Below are positions 54,843-64,000 of a DNA stretch of 64,000 nucleotides, piece after piece. The stretch is from the NCBI GenBank assembly GCA_020348385.1, contig CP070750.1, positions 1,829,244 to 1,893,243 on the forward strand, given 5' to 3'. This DNA is from Candidatus Aminicenantes bacterium. Lineage in GTDB: Bacteria; Acidobacteriota; Aminicenantia; Aminicenantales; Aminicenantaceae. The notes beneath the pieces were generated by a model. The model did no database searches, was not told the origin of the DNA, and was given only the letters and a program-made list of their open reading frames with translations. Within the stretch, counting starts at the first letter, position 1. Every line of letters starts with the position of its first letter. A program made the translations under genes and the position numbers.

Positions 54843-55125
54843 CCACGTCTATTCTTTTCCATCAGGAATGTCTGAAGCGACATTGAGGATCTAGCCATTA
54901 CGTCCGTCTCTTCGAGTGAATCTGACGAAGTCAGTCGGCTTGGCTGTATTGAGCAAGACATTGCCTAAGGATCAGCGATGCAGGCAGGCTCTGGAACAGA
55001 GGTTGAAGGGGTAAAGTTTGAAGTTAACGGGCACAGTTCACAGCTGCCGAGAAGGGCGGTGAGGAATGGCGTAAAAGATCTTCACTAGAGCAGAGGATAT
55101 AACTGATGGAAAAAAGCAATGCGGA

Positions 55126-57243
55126 TCAGCGGTTGGTTTTTTGGATCCAGATAAAATCCACTCCGATCTCCGGCCTTTCCACAGCAGCAGGAGCTCCCTC
55201 GAACTTGAGAACCAATGTATGGCGACCCGGCTCTAGCTCTGTAGCTGGCAGGGTAAAATTACGCAAGAGCGTTCGATAGGGCCGGTTCAGATCTATGATC
55301 TTCTCATTATTGGTCAACGAAGTGAATTGATCGTTCAAAGAAACGGAAATTCTGCCTGCGTTGGGAGTCAGAGCGACCGCAAAATGTACCCGGTATGTTC
55401 CTTTCTCATCGATGCGGAAGGAGAAGGCTTTGCTTTCTGCGGAATTTCGAGGATACCAGGTCTGGATCCTAGCTCCCGACCATAATCTTCCCCGTAACAT
55501 GCGGGTGTGAATGCGCTCGCTTATGATTTGTTCGGCCTCATAAAAAACAGAATTGCGCGCTCCCATCCGGTTGGCGGGCTTCCATATCTCTGGGAGTTCG
55601 AGGTGGCGTAAATCCTCCGGCATGATGGCCAAATGGTCATCACTTACTCCGGGACGGGCATAATGATAGCCCATCCGGGCATAGCTCAAGCCTGGGGTGC
55701 GCTCATGGCTGAACAGTTCCATATAGAACCGGATATTTTTTTGAAATGGGAGAGGATCCAGGATATGCCAGCGGAAATTGGTGACAAAACCTCTATTTCC
55801 AGGCCCGTCGTTCCGGGGCTGACCGCAATAGGGATAATAAAAAATATCCGGAGAAGACCAGGAATAATTGTAATAATCTTCCGACCCAGTGCCGAACACC
55901 GAGGGCACGACATCGTCATCCACGAAAATCTTTTCATCCCCTTCTCCCCACCAGCTCCCATAAGGTGTGGGTACATCATTGGGATTGAGGAGATAAGACG
56001 TGGTTCCCACATAAACACCTTTGCCGTGAGCGACGATGAACGGCAAATCTTGGACGGCCCGGTTGGAAGCGATTATGTTGTGGTCAGCGCGCCAACGGGC
56101 CCGGAAACGCATGGATCGCTCCGCATCCCAAGCGTAGGCCATCGCCAGAGCTGTCCCTTCGATCCCAACGGCCTGTTCTCCCTGATTGACCATTTTTACC
56201 TTTATATTTTTTTCGAAAGGCATCACGAATCGACAGATCATCGTACCGTCTGGCTGAACCGTAAAAGGAAGGGACTGATATGGATTGATTCCCGGAGCGG
56301 CACCGAATAAGTCCCCCACAGGAGACTGTACCTGACCCCATGGATAGTCGTCACAGATGATGTTGATAAGGGTTTGGCGTAAAGCTTTGTCCATGTCTCC
56401 TGCGCTAAGTTTAACTGTCAATCTTTCTATGGCCTGCATTCCCTCGAGTGAGAAAATTTCTTTCTCCTCGCCAGGTTGAAGGGTCATAGCAAATATGACC
56501 GGCGATTCTGAGGAAATCTGGTCGAGGTTTTCATCCGGATCGGCCAAAGCATTTATCACCTTATTTATAGGGTCCTTGTAGGTGACCAGATCTTGGGGAG
56601 AAAAAGATTGGAGCGCCGTGTTCTCCGGATACAATCGCACCCCAACCTGATAGAAATGGATTTCCTTCAAATTACCGATCCAAACGAGACGCATCCTTGC
56701 GGCGAACGGAATCGGAGTGTAGGAAGCATCCCGTTGGTAGACTGTTTTTTCCATTCGTTCTCTGTCTAAATTTTCAACCTCCGCAAAAAGGTCATATGTT
56801 TTTTGGAAAAAATCCTGAGCCAGCCCATCATACACAGGGTCCGCATGGTCATCCAAAAAAAGCTTTATTTGCCCGTTTATTCGGGCCGTCCACAAACGAA
56901 CGATTGCTCCCGGCCCATGCACATCCGCGATCAGGTATTCACCGATCCCATCTTCTCCGGGTTCCTGGATGACCTCTTCGAAATTCGGGTTGGGCTCCCC
57001 CCCGAAACCATCGGAATTGGCGTACCAATTCGGCCCTCCAGGAAGAGTGCTGCGGCGGTCGAACGAGGAATACTGAACCGTCTTATATGGAGGCTCGGGA
57101 AAATAGGTAAGTCCCACCATATCTATCATCTCCAAGAAAAGTGTTTCTGTCGTTATGATTTCTGTTTCATCAGGTTTTGGCGTGCAGGAATACGATCCGA
57201 CAATTATGAACACAATCAATAATAAAGATCCGAAGCTTCTCAT
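55126..57243 (-). CDS. DUF2961 / GH172-family glycoside hydrolase-like lipoprotein
   Basis: WWGEGDEKIFVDDD..PSVFGTGSEDYYNYSW is the DUF2961 signature. It has a lipoprotein-like signal after ATG 57243 (GGAGGG SD). Confidence 0.75.
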   Translation of the reverse strand: MRSFGSLLLIVFIIVGSYSCTPKPDETEIITTETLFLEMIDMVGLTYFPEPPYKTVQYSSFDRRSTLPGGPNWYANSDGFGGEPNPNFEEVIQEPGEDGIGEYLIADVHGPGAIVRLWTARINGQIKLFLDDHADPVYDGLAQDFFQKTYDLFAEVENLDRERMEKTVYQRDASYTPIPFAARMRLVWIGNLKEIHFYQVGVRLYPENTALQSFSPQDLVTYKDPINKVINALADPDENLDQISSESPVIFAMTLQPGEEKEIFSLEGMQAIERLTVKLSAGDMDKALRQTLINIICDDYPWGQVQSPVGDLFGAAPGINPYQSLPFTVQPDGTMICRFVMPFEKNIKVKMVNQGEQAVGIEGTALAMAYAWDAERSMRFRARWRADHNIIASNRAVQDLPFIVAHGKGVYVGTTSYLLNPNDVPTPYGSWWGEGDEKIFVDDDVVPSVFGTGSEDYYNYSWSSPDIFYYPYCGQPRNDGPGNRGFVTNFRWHILDPLPFQKNIRFYMELFSHERTPGLSYARMGYHYARPGVSDDHLAIMPEDLRHLELPEIWKPANRMGARNSVFYEAEQIISERIHTRMLRGRLWSGARIQTWYPRNSAESKAFSFRIDEKGTYRVHFAVALTPNAGRISVSLNDQFTSLTNNEKIIDLNRPYRTLLRNFTLPATELEPGRHTLVLKFEGAPAAVERPEIGVDFIWIQKTNR

Positions 57244-57367
57244 ACTTTTCCCTCCACATAAGCAGGATTTCTCCGCGGTAAAGGCGTTCATCTCTTTCTT
57301 TTTTCGGTAACATCCTATCATTTTTCAGCTGTATCGGAAACATAACCGATCTAGGAACGATTTCCGA

Positions 57368-58480
57368 TTAAATCTTGAAAAAAATTCGTTTCTTGTAGAA
57401 AGGAATCAACATGATGATCCAGATCAAGACAAAAAGCAGAGCAAAGATCAGGGAGCCATTAAGATCTCCGGCGAGGGGCGAAAAAAAATGTTGAAAAAGG
57501 TAGGATTGAAGGGCGATCCTGCCAGCGGCTGTGGGAACCTTGATAAGAACCAGAATCTTTGCCATAAGAATAGAGGTAGCATAGGCAAATATGGCATTCG
57601 TACCCAAAACCAGAAACGGGAAGGCCCATTTTTTCACTCCTATCCCGTCTATCAGGACATAACACATCCCTAAAAGAAGCAGAGCTGCCCCTGCCGTGAA
57701 CAGAACAAAGGTGCTTGTCCACAGTTGTTTGTTTATCGGAAACACAGGGTGAAGCAGAAGCCCTGTAGCCGTCATCAGAAACCCGGCCACAAAAATCCCG
57801 GTGAATTTTTGCATCCTATTCCTGGAAGACCGGAGCCAGTCTCCGGTCAGGGTGCCGATCAAAACGGTCGCTATGGCCGGAAACGTGCTGAGGATTCCTT
57901 CCGGATCGAAACGAGGTTTGTAAAGGTGTCCTCCCAAAAGCTTGGCATCGATATACCCGCAGAGATTTCCCTGACAATCCAACACTCCTGCTCCATATCC
58001 CGGTACCGGTACAAATTTCATTACCGAGTAATATCCAGCCAAAAGAAAAAAAACGATGGCTACCCTCATCTTTGGGCCCACTTTATAAAATATCACGGAT
58101 GACACCAAATAACAGAGGGCAATGCGTTGGAGAACCCCAGGGATTCTAAGGTTTTCGAAATCGAATCGAAAAAGAAGTCTCAGGAAAATCCCTATGGCAA
58201 AAAGGATCAGGCTCCTCTTGAATATTTTGAGATACACAGAAGAAAGGCTGTCTCCCCGCGCTATTCTGTTGGATAAGGCCAGAGAGACAGAAACTCCAAC
58301 GATAAACAAAAAAAATGGGAAAACCAGATCCGCAGGAGTCCAACCATGCCACTCAGCATGACCGAGAGAAGAATAGACATGCTTCCAGCTCCCGGGATTG
58401 TTCACCAATATCATCCCGGCTATGGTTATGCCACGGAATGCATCCAGTGAAGAAAGACGGTTTTTCGTCTGAGCTGTCAT
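57368..58480 (-). CDS. heparan-alpha-glucosaminide N-acetyltransferase-like (DUF5009/DUF1624) membrane acyltransferase
   Basis: The N-terminus has RLSSLDAFRGITIAGMILVNNPGSW...HAEWHGWTPADLVFPFFLF, followed by about 11 TM segments. Confidence 0.7.
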   Translation of the reverse strand: MTAQTKNRLSSLDAFRGITIAGMILVNNPGSWKHVYSSLGHAEWHGWTPADLVFPFFLFIVGVSVSLALSNRIARGDSLSSVYLKIFKRSLILFAIGIFLRLLFRFDFENLRIPGVLQRIALCYLVSSVIFYKVGPKMRVAIVFFLLAGYYSVMKFVPVPGYGAGVLDCQGNLCGYIDAKLLGGHLYKPRFDPEGILSTFPAIATVLIGTLTGDWLRSSRNRMQKFTGIFVAGFLMTATGLLLHPVFPINKQLWTSTFVLFTAGAALLLLGMCYVLIDGIGVKKWAFPFLVLGTNAIFAYATSILMAKILVLIKVPTAAGRIALQSYLFQHFFSPLAGDLNGSLIFALLFVLIWIIMLIPFYKKRIFFKI

Positions 58481-58586
58481 AATCGTGCGTTCTCTTAAAT
58501 CATAGGGAATTTCCTCCCGATGTCAATCTTCTCTTAAACACTGGCAAAATCAGACCACAATCGACTAAAATAACTCCATCACAACA

Positions 58587-59093
58587 ATGGATGGAATAAT
58601 CATCATTCTCGGATCGCCGAATGACGATCAGGGGAATCTGTCCGAAATGGCTACCGGAAGACTTGCGCAGGGACTGGCTGAATTTCGGCGTCACAAGGGG
58701 TATAAGATTCTATGCACTGGAGGCTTCGGGGAACATTTCAACACCACAGACAAACCCCATGCCCTTTATGCTATTCGACACCTCATCCGCGAAGGTGTCC
58801 CGGAGAGCGACATCCTGGAGATCGTAAAAAGCCGGAACACAGTGGAAGATGCCCTCCTCTCTAAACCCATAATCGCAAAACACGGTGTCCGCTCCTTGAT
58901 CGTTGTCTCATCGGATTTTCATATGAAGCGGGTCAAGCATATTTTTAAAAAGGTGTTTACGAGTCGCGACCTGGCCTTTTCGAGCGCAAAGGCCTCCTTT
59001 TCGAAAGAACGAATTCGGGCCCTCAGGAATCATGAGAAAAGGGAGCTGGATAGCTTAAAGAAAAATGGGATTCCCGGCCTCCGAGACGGATAA
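58587..59093 (+). CDS. YdcF/DUF218-family protein
   Basis: It has IIILGSPN, ILCTGG, SRNTVEDA and IVVSSDFHMKR. Confidence 0.75.
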   Translation: MDGIIIILGSPNDDQGNLSEMATGRLAQGLAEFRRHKGYKILCTGGFGEHFNTTDKPHALYAIRHLIREGVPESDILEIVKSRNTVEDALLSKPIIAKHGVRSLIVVSSDFHMKRVKHIFKKVFTSRDLAFSSAKASFSKERIRALRNHEKRELDSLKKNGIPGLRDG

Positions 59094-59108
59094 TTCTGTT
59101 CCCTTCAT

Positions 59109-60167
59109 CTAATAAGCAGACTCCATGGCGGCTGCTTCCATCAAAAGGAAAAAAGCTTGCCCCTCTACAGCCGTGCCCGGCGAATTGAAATTAGGAGCTC
59201 CGCAAACATCCTGAACCAACCCGAATTTATCCACTTTCCGTAGAACCGCTTTCCTCATCCGATCTGCGTGATCTTTGTAGGATTGATCCAACCACTCTCC
59301 CTGGAGGCCTCTGTAGATTGCATAGGCCAACATCTGAGCAAGGTTGGTTTCCACAAAAGTTTCGGATTTATCCACGACGTCGTGGAAAAGACCATCCTTT
59401 CTTTGATGGGCCAGACATCCATCGATCACATCCTTCACATATCCCACGAGAAGCTCCTTTTCTGCAGACATCTCTGTTGGTAAAGATCTTATCACCCTGG
59501 TTATACCTGCCGCAGCCCAACCGTTTCCCACTCCCCAAAAGTCTTTCCGGTAAAAATCATTCTTTCTCTCATCCCAGATGTGGGAGAAAAGCTTCCTATC
59601 CCGATTCCACAACAGTTTTCGGAATCCTTCGATCTGCTTAACCGCCTCATCGGGATGGCCTGCCACAGCCAGAAAAGGAGGTGCCATGTGGGCGGAATCG
59701 ATCCAGACTTGGGGTTTGTCTGCGATATGATGCAATGTCCCTTCTTTTGTCCGCGGCGCCCTGTGCAGCAAGTAATCGAGCATCTTTTCTGCACCACTAC
59801 GGAGGATGGGATCATCGGTCACTCTCGCTGCATAAAGGACCGACTCTCCGTTTGCCGCAGGATCGGTCACTCCTTGAAAAGAGCTGACAACAGCCAAGCG
59901 GCCATCTTCCTGTTGGCGGAGAACGGCATCTTTTGCCATCAAAATCACTTCTTTTGTATCTCCTCGTTCAAGCAATGCCTGAGCCGCTACTCCTTGCTCC
60001 CACGCGTACCGCTGCATGCATAGCATCGCCCTCTTCACTTTTTCCTGCACAAGGGCTATCTCTTCGGGGGCTTGAAATTCAGAGATTCTTTTTCCGGACT
60101 GATTGGGTATTGCCAGGGGAAAAATCCCACAAGATAAAACTAGTGTTAAAAAGTTCCGTCTCTCCAT
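59109..60167 (-). CDS. GH88/GH105-family unsaturated glycuronyl hydrolase, Tat-type signal
   Basis: It has the alpha6/alpha6 family pattern (YAWEQGVAAQALLE, VWIDSAHMAPPFL, FWGVGNGWAAAG). The N-terminus MERRNFLT follows a GGAAGGAG SD. Confidence 0.7.
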   Translation of the reverse strand: MERRNFLTLVLSCGIFPLAIPNQSGKRISEFQAPEEIALVQEKVKRAMLCMQRYAWEQGVAAQALLERGDTKEVILMAKDAVLRQQEDGRLAVVSSFQGVTDPAANGESVLYAARVTDDPILRSGAEKMLDYLLHRAPRTKEGTLHHIADKPQVWIDSAHMAPPFLAVAGHPDEAVKQIEGFRKLLWNRDRKLFSHIWDERKNDFYRKDFWGVGNGWAAAGITRVIRSLPTEMSAEKELLVGYVKDVIDGCLAHQRKDGLFHDVVDKSETFVETNLAQMLAYAIYRGLQGEWLDQSYKDHADRMRKAVLRKVDKFGLVQDVCGAPNFNSPGTAVEGQAFFLLMEAAAMESAY

Positions 60168-60202
60168 ATTCTTCTCCTTCCCAGGGGAACGATCTTCCCG
60201 GC

Positions 60203-61048
60203 TCAGCCCATCGAAACACAATCCGTCAACAAATCATCCACCCTCGAAAATCCATAGCCTAGAGATATCAAATAGTCGATCAATTCATCCAGCCGGTGAT
60301 AAAACTTGTCTTCCCGGTCCGGGTGAGTTCCGATATGCAGCAACAGCAAAAACCCATTCAATCCGTCCGGATCCTTTTTTTCGTATTCAATAATACTTTT
60401 ATATATCTTCTCTGAGGGCTTGTATTCAGGCATGGAAGGCGTTGTGTAATCCGCATTCGACCCTGTTCCCGGGGAAAAATTGATGAGGATCAGGCCGATT
60501 TCTTTTGCCCAACCGACGATTTTTTCATTGTACCACTCGTAAGGAGGGACGAAATACGCGGCATCTCTTTTGGTGATCCCGAACTTCTCCATCTCTCCAT
60601 AATTATTCCTGATATCCGAGACGAATTCCTGCTTGTTCACGAGCAGACGATCCCGGTTTTCCCATGAACAATATAAAAGATGCTTATCCGAGTGAGGACC
60701 CAGGTAATGGCCGTCAGCAACCAACTTCGAAATAAGGCTTCTATTGGAGGAATTCCTATAAAAATTGCCCGTAAAAAAGAAGTTTGCCTTGATTTTTTTC
60801 CGGGATAGCACTCTTCGGATCAGGTTTCCCCCCTCGGCATAATCCCCTCCGGTGAATATCAAGGCAATCTTTTTTTCCGATGTCAGACCGCGGATGATAC
60901 CTCCATGCTCAAAAGCGCATGTTCGGATGCTCCTTTGCGCAAATTGAGTAATCCGATTTGTAACGGCGGACTGAGCACAGAAAGCAGCGGCGGACGAAAA
61001 CAGGATATACGTGGCGATAAGTGTGGAAAATTTATCGGAAAACATCAA
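60203..61048 (-). CDS. polysaccharide deacetylase (CE4-like)
   Basis: It has a signal peptide, IALIFTGGDYAEG, ANFFFTG and GHYLGPHSDKH. Confidence 0.7.
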   Translation of the reverse strand: MMFSDKFSTLIATYILFSSAAAFCAQSAVTNRITQFAQRSIRTCAFEHGGIIRGLTSEKKIALIFTGGDYAEGGNLIRRVLSRKKIKANFFFTGNFYRNSSNRSLISKLVADGHYLGPHSDKHLLYCSWENRDRLLVNKQEFVSDIRNNYGEMEKFGITKRDAAYFVPPYEWYNEKIVGWAKEIGLILINFSPGTGSNADYTTPSMPEYKPSEKIYKSIIEYEKKDPDGLNGFLLLLHIGTHPDREDKFYHRLDELIDYLISLGYGFSRVDDLLTDCVSMG

Positions 61049-61072
61049 GAGAATTCCACCAAGAGAAAGGTC

Positions 61073-62065
61073 TTAAACAGGGCACCCGTCGACATAACCG
61101 GGCTGCATCCAGGGCAACTTATTGCCAACGAATAAGGATTCCAGTTCCCCCCTGATTTTGGCCATCTCCTCCGGATTCATCCGGGTAAAATTCATCAGCA
61201 GTTCCCTGTTCTTGTCCACAATCTCGAGGCTATCTGTCCCGATCACAGCCACATGGGGCTGTTCGAGGCTCAAGGCATAGCGGATCAGATCCTCTGCAGA
61301 CAAACTGGCGACCGTTTCTCTAGGGCGGATCAGTTTCATCACGATTATCCCCATATTTTTTTTTGCGGCCTTGGGAATGGCATGATTTTCCATGTCTCCC
61401 TTTCTCTCGGCATAATGATTCAACGCGATCAGCATGGTGTCGAAGCCAAACCGGTTCGCCATTTCAGCCATGGCTTCCGCATTGCTGTGGCCAGAAAAAC
61501 CGATGAACTTCGTGACCTTCTCACCCTTCATTTTTCGGAGAACGTGCAAAACACCATCTTTGGCTCCGATCGCGTCCACATCTTCAAGTGCACCGACACT
61601 GTGGATCTGGAGAATTTCCAGATGATCCGTATTCAATCGTTTCAAACTCTCTTCGATATGGCGCATGGCTCCGTCATAGGTGCGCTCCCCGACCTTCGTG
61701 GCTAAAAAAACTTCCTTTCTTCGGTGTTTCAAGACAAGGCCAAGACGCTCTTCGCTGACAACATCGTTATAGGCATAGTCATGGGCCGTATCCCAGTAAT
61801 AGAATCCCTGGTCAAGAGCGTGATTGAGGAGTTCCTGGCTTTTTTCCGGATCCTGAAGCGCACAGAATCGGCTCCCGCAACCGATAGCCAAACGCGGTAC
61901 CCTGGCTCCTGTCTTTCCGTAAATGACAGTGGGCAGTCCTTTTGCATCATAAGGAGAATCTGTTTTACCCGAAAACAGGCTTTTTGGGGATACGGCGCTG
62001 ATGGCCGCCGCACCCATCGCACACTTTTTCAGAAAATCCCGTCTATGAATAGTTAATTTTTTCAC
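61073..62065 (-). CDS. aldo/keto reductase with twin-arginine signal
   Basis: The Tat motif HRRDFLKKCAMGAAA is followed by an AKR core (FYYWDTAHDY, GFSGH). Confidence 0.8.
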   Translation of the reverse strand: MKKLTIHRRDFLKKCAMGAAAISAVSPKSLFSGKTDSPYDAKGLPTVIYGKTGARVPRLAIGCGSRFCALQDPEKSQELLNHALDQGFYYWDTAHDYAYNDVVSEERLGLVLKHRRKEVFLATKVGERTYDGAMRHIEESLKRLNTDHLEILQIHSVGALEDVDAIGAKDGVLHVLRKMKGEKVTKFIGFSGHSNAEAMAEMANRFGFDTMLIALNHYAERKGDMENHAIPKAAKKNMGIIVMKLIRPRETVASLSAEDLIRYALSLEQPHVAVIGTDSLEIVDKNRELLMNFTRMNPEEMAKIRGELESLFVGNKLPWMQPGYVDGCPV

Positions 62066-62099
62066 TGACAGTCCTCCTATTGCTCAAAGTTATTCTAAT

Positions 62100-64000
62100 T
62101 TACTGTTCATGTATTTTCCCCCAGAGCTGGATGTCGTCAAAACTTCCCGTATCATCGAATGACCCCACTCCCACAAATCCGTGATCCAAAGAGGTATCCT
62201 TTGCTGTCAAAATGGGCGTGCTCATGTCATCAAAGTAAACTTTGATCTCCCCGGTCTCCGTATTGCAGGTCACCTTGAACTCATGAAATCGCATGTCCAT
62301 CAACCGAGCGACTGATTCTCCAGGGGGTTCCTTATTGATCTTCACTCGGTCGGCTCCATTCACCAATCCTATGATATTATGGAGCTCATCACTTACAGCC
62401 GAAAGATGAACATAATAAAAGTGGGTGGGGTCTTGATAGTGGAAAACGATGATCATGTCTCGATGAGGATTGTCGACAGGCGATGCGCTTTTGAGACGGC
62501 CGGTGAGTATAAAACTGGAAACATCGTACTCCTTGAGCAGCGACCAAGAGGTGGGAGCTCTTATCTCGCCATTGACACCAGGGGCTGTAAGCTTATAAAT
62601 CTTGGTCCCACGTTCTTCACCGATCTGCCAGTTCTCTGGGATATTCGGTTCCCATCCCTGACTTTCGCCATCCTCAAAATCATCGAATACTAGAGGGGGA
62701 CGCGCATTTTCGATCAACTTTTCGATACCTGGCGTAATCATGATCAACAGCTCATGCTTAGGCTTTGGGACAGGTTTCAAAAGAGGCAGCACTTCATCCA
62801 TGAGAGAGAGGGGCGTTTCCTGACCATTTTCTATGTATTCCATAACCTGGATACCCGCCTCTGCCAGGGCCGCGATATCCTCCGAGAGAGGGATAATCTC
62901 TTTCAATAGAGGAGATTCTGTAAGGACGGGTTTTAAAATCTCGTGATTATCCCGCCATTTGTGTAGCCATTCCCGTATCGTCTCCCTGTTGGCCCTAAAC
63001 TCGGGGGCATCTCCTAGATATTCATCGACCATGTCCCGGAACTTTCGGGCCTGTTGGCTTTCAGGACGGGCTGCATCGACCAAACGGGTGAGCGGTGTCA
63101 TCTGGGTATATTCTCGGGTCCCCGGTCTTGTGTAATACCTGACGGGCTCCACAATATCCGCAAGAACCTTCAATGTATCGATGGGTTGTTCCCCGGTCAA
63201 ACGTTGCAGCATCAAAGCGTAATTCGCATTGTGCTGCAATCCAACAGAATCCAGGTTCCGATTCAAGACCTCCAGCCTGCGGTACATGCTGTCCACATCG
63301 GTTACTTCTTGGGGAGACCAGAATCTTTCCGCGACCGCCGCTACCCTCGGCCAAATCCTGGAATCTATGGTTTCCGGCGTGACGAACTCGGCCCACATGC
63401 AGGCTTCGCCTCCCAAGATTCTCTCTTTCTCCTCATCGCTCAGTTCAGCCGCGTCCCCACTCAGGGGTTCCACGCCGTAATGCTGCACGGCTGATAAGAT
63501 ATGATCCAGATAGTACCCGTTGGAAAGAATTCCCATGTAACCCTGGCGGGCAGCTTCGGCCAATGATTTCGGGCCTCGCCAGCTGTGCACGACCACATCC
63601 TTGGGAAGATCGGGATGAAAGATCTCATCCCATCCGATCATTTTTTTCCTGTGTTTCTGGATGATGGCCAATATCTTCCTATTGAAATAAGCCTGAAGGT
63701 CATGGTTGTCCTTCATGCCCTGCTCTCTTTTAAAAGCTACGATGCCCGGATTGCTGTTCCAGAGCTTGCCGTTCACCTCATCTCCCCCGATGTGAAAATA
63801 GGCATCGGTGAAGAGCCCGGCCATCTCTCCTATGAACGTATCCAAAAAGGCATAAGTTTCTTCTCGCGTGGGATCCATGCAAGGATCGTGCACTCCCCAG
63901 CGGCGCTCGATGGCAAATGGCCCGGGGCTGCTAGCGAACTCTGGGTATCCGACAAACCATGATGTTGTGTGCCCGGGTATGTCGAACTCGGGGACAACTC
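62100..64000 (-). CDS. GH20 beta-N-acetylhexosaminidase with C-terminal DUF1080/LamG-like domain (N-terminus outside window)
   Basis: The frame stays open to the window edge (..EFDIPGHTTSWFVGYPEF..). The catalytic HIGGDE is present. The C-terminal 200 aa look like a DUF1080-type lectin fold. The track start 63893 is an internal GTG. Confidence 0.85.
   Translation of the reverse strand, partial: VVPEFDIPGHTTSWFVGYPEFASSPGPFAIERRWGVHDPCMDPTREETYAFLDTFIGEMAGLFTDAYFHIGGDEVNGKLWNSNPGIVAFKREQGMKDNHDLQAYFNRKILAIIQKHRKKMIGWDEIFHPDLPKDVVVHSWRGPKSLAEAARQGYMGILSNGYYLDHILSAVQHYGVEPLSGDAAELSDEEKERILGGEACMWAEFVTPETIDSRIWPRVAAVAERFWSPQEVTDVDSMYRRLEVLNRNLDSVGLQHNANYALMLQRLTGEQPIDTLKVLADIVEPVRYYTRPGTREYTQMTPLTRLVDAARPESQQARKFRDMVDEYLGDAPEFRANRETIREWLHKWRDNHEILKPVLTESPLLKEIIPLSEDIAALAEAGIQVMEYIENGQETPLSLMDEVLPLLKPVPKPKHELLIMITPGIEKLIENARPPLVFDDFEDGESQGWEPNIPENWQIGEERGTKIYKLTAPGVNGEIRAPTSWSLLKEYDVSSFILTGRLKSASPVDNPHRDMIIVFHYQDPTHFYYVHLSAVSDELHNIIGLVNGADRVKINKEPPGESVARLMDMRFHEFKVTCNTETGEIKVYFDDMSTPILTAKDTSLDHGFVGVGSFDDTGSFDDIQLWGKIHEQ

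Noticed and set aside
1-64000. Looked for CRISPR arrays, rRNA, tmRNA/RNase P/SRP signatures, transposases, integrases, toxin-antitoxin pairs and known defence genes.
   Set aside because: None were recognised. The only RNA gene supported is tRNA-Pro. tRNA-Pro is not flanked by an integrase or by direct repeats of its 3' end.

Overview
This is a 64-kb piece of a bacterial chromosome. By eye it has moderate to low GC, most genes carry strong AGGAGG-type Shine-Dalgarno sites, and diderm markers are present (an Omp85-type barrel, a CsgG-like lipoprotein, Tat and lipoprotein signals). I support about 60 protein genes and one tRNA-Pro(GGG). I saw no rRNA, CRISPR array, transposase, integrase or phage genes. 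Housekeeping content: cydB (partial), uvrB-uvrC-acpS, a tricorn-type protease, feoAB, secA-guaB, panBCD-aspA, a deoxynucleoside kinase, two aldehyde dehydrogenases (ALDH7-like and P5C dehydrogenase), rarA, surE, a PurF-like gene and sdhAB. From 52.4 kb to the window end there is a glycan-utilisation cluster: esterase, SSF symporter, DUF2961/GH172, HGSNAT-like acetyltransferase, GH88/105, CE4, a Tat-exported aldo-keto reductase and GH20. Main things worth a second look: (1) At 16.2-20.5 kb a compact same-strand cluster holds two independent rubredoxin fusions, one to a pyruvate-oxidase-family ThDP enzyme and one to a ferredoxin:thioredoxin-reductase-like catalytic subunit. It also holds a CPHC thioredoxin-fold protein, a DUF2769-like Cys-rich protein and a 4-TM protein ending in a c-type cytochrome domain. 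This is my best candidate for an undescribed redox system. (2) The palindrome TGAAT-N-ATTCA recurs at 8 or more intergenic sites. Two pairs of these sites bracket about 215-nt paralogous elements (24313-24534 and 42654-42866) with nested stems. (3) An 84-bp element with perfect 24-bp inverted arms sits between divergent feoA and secA. (4) A PurF paralog lacks the N-terminal catalytic Cys. (5) A 1020-aa protein fuses a HExxH peptidase, a PD40 propeller and an Omp85 barrel. (6) uvrB and secA appear to be leaderless, starting just downstream of extended -10 promoters. All family calls come from reading the translations by eye and no searches were run. Hand-derived coordinates may be off by 1-2 nt. 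Near 52.06-52.13 kb my count disagreed with the ORF track by 1 nt, and I kept the track.
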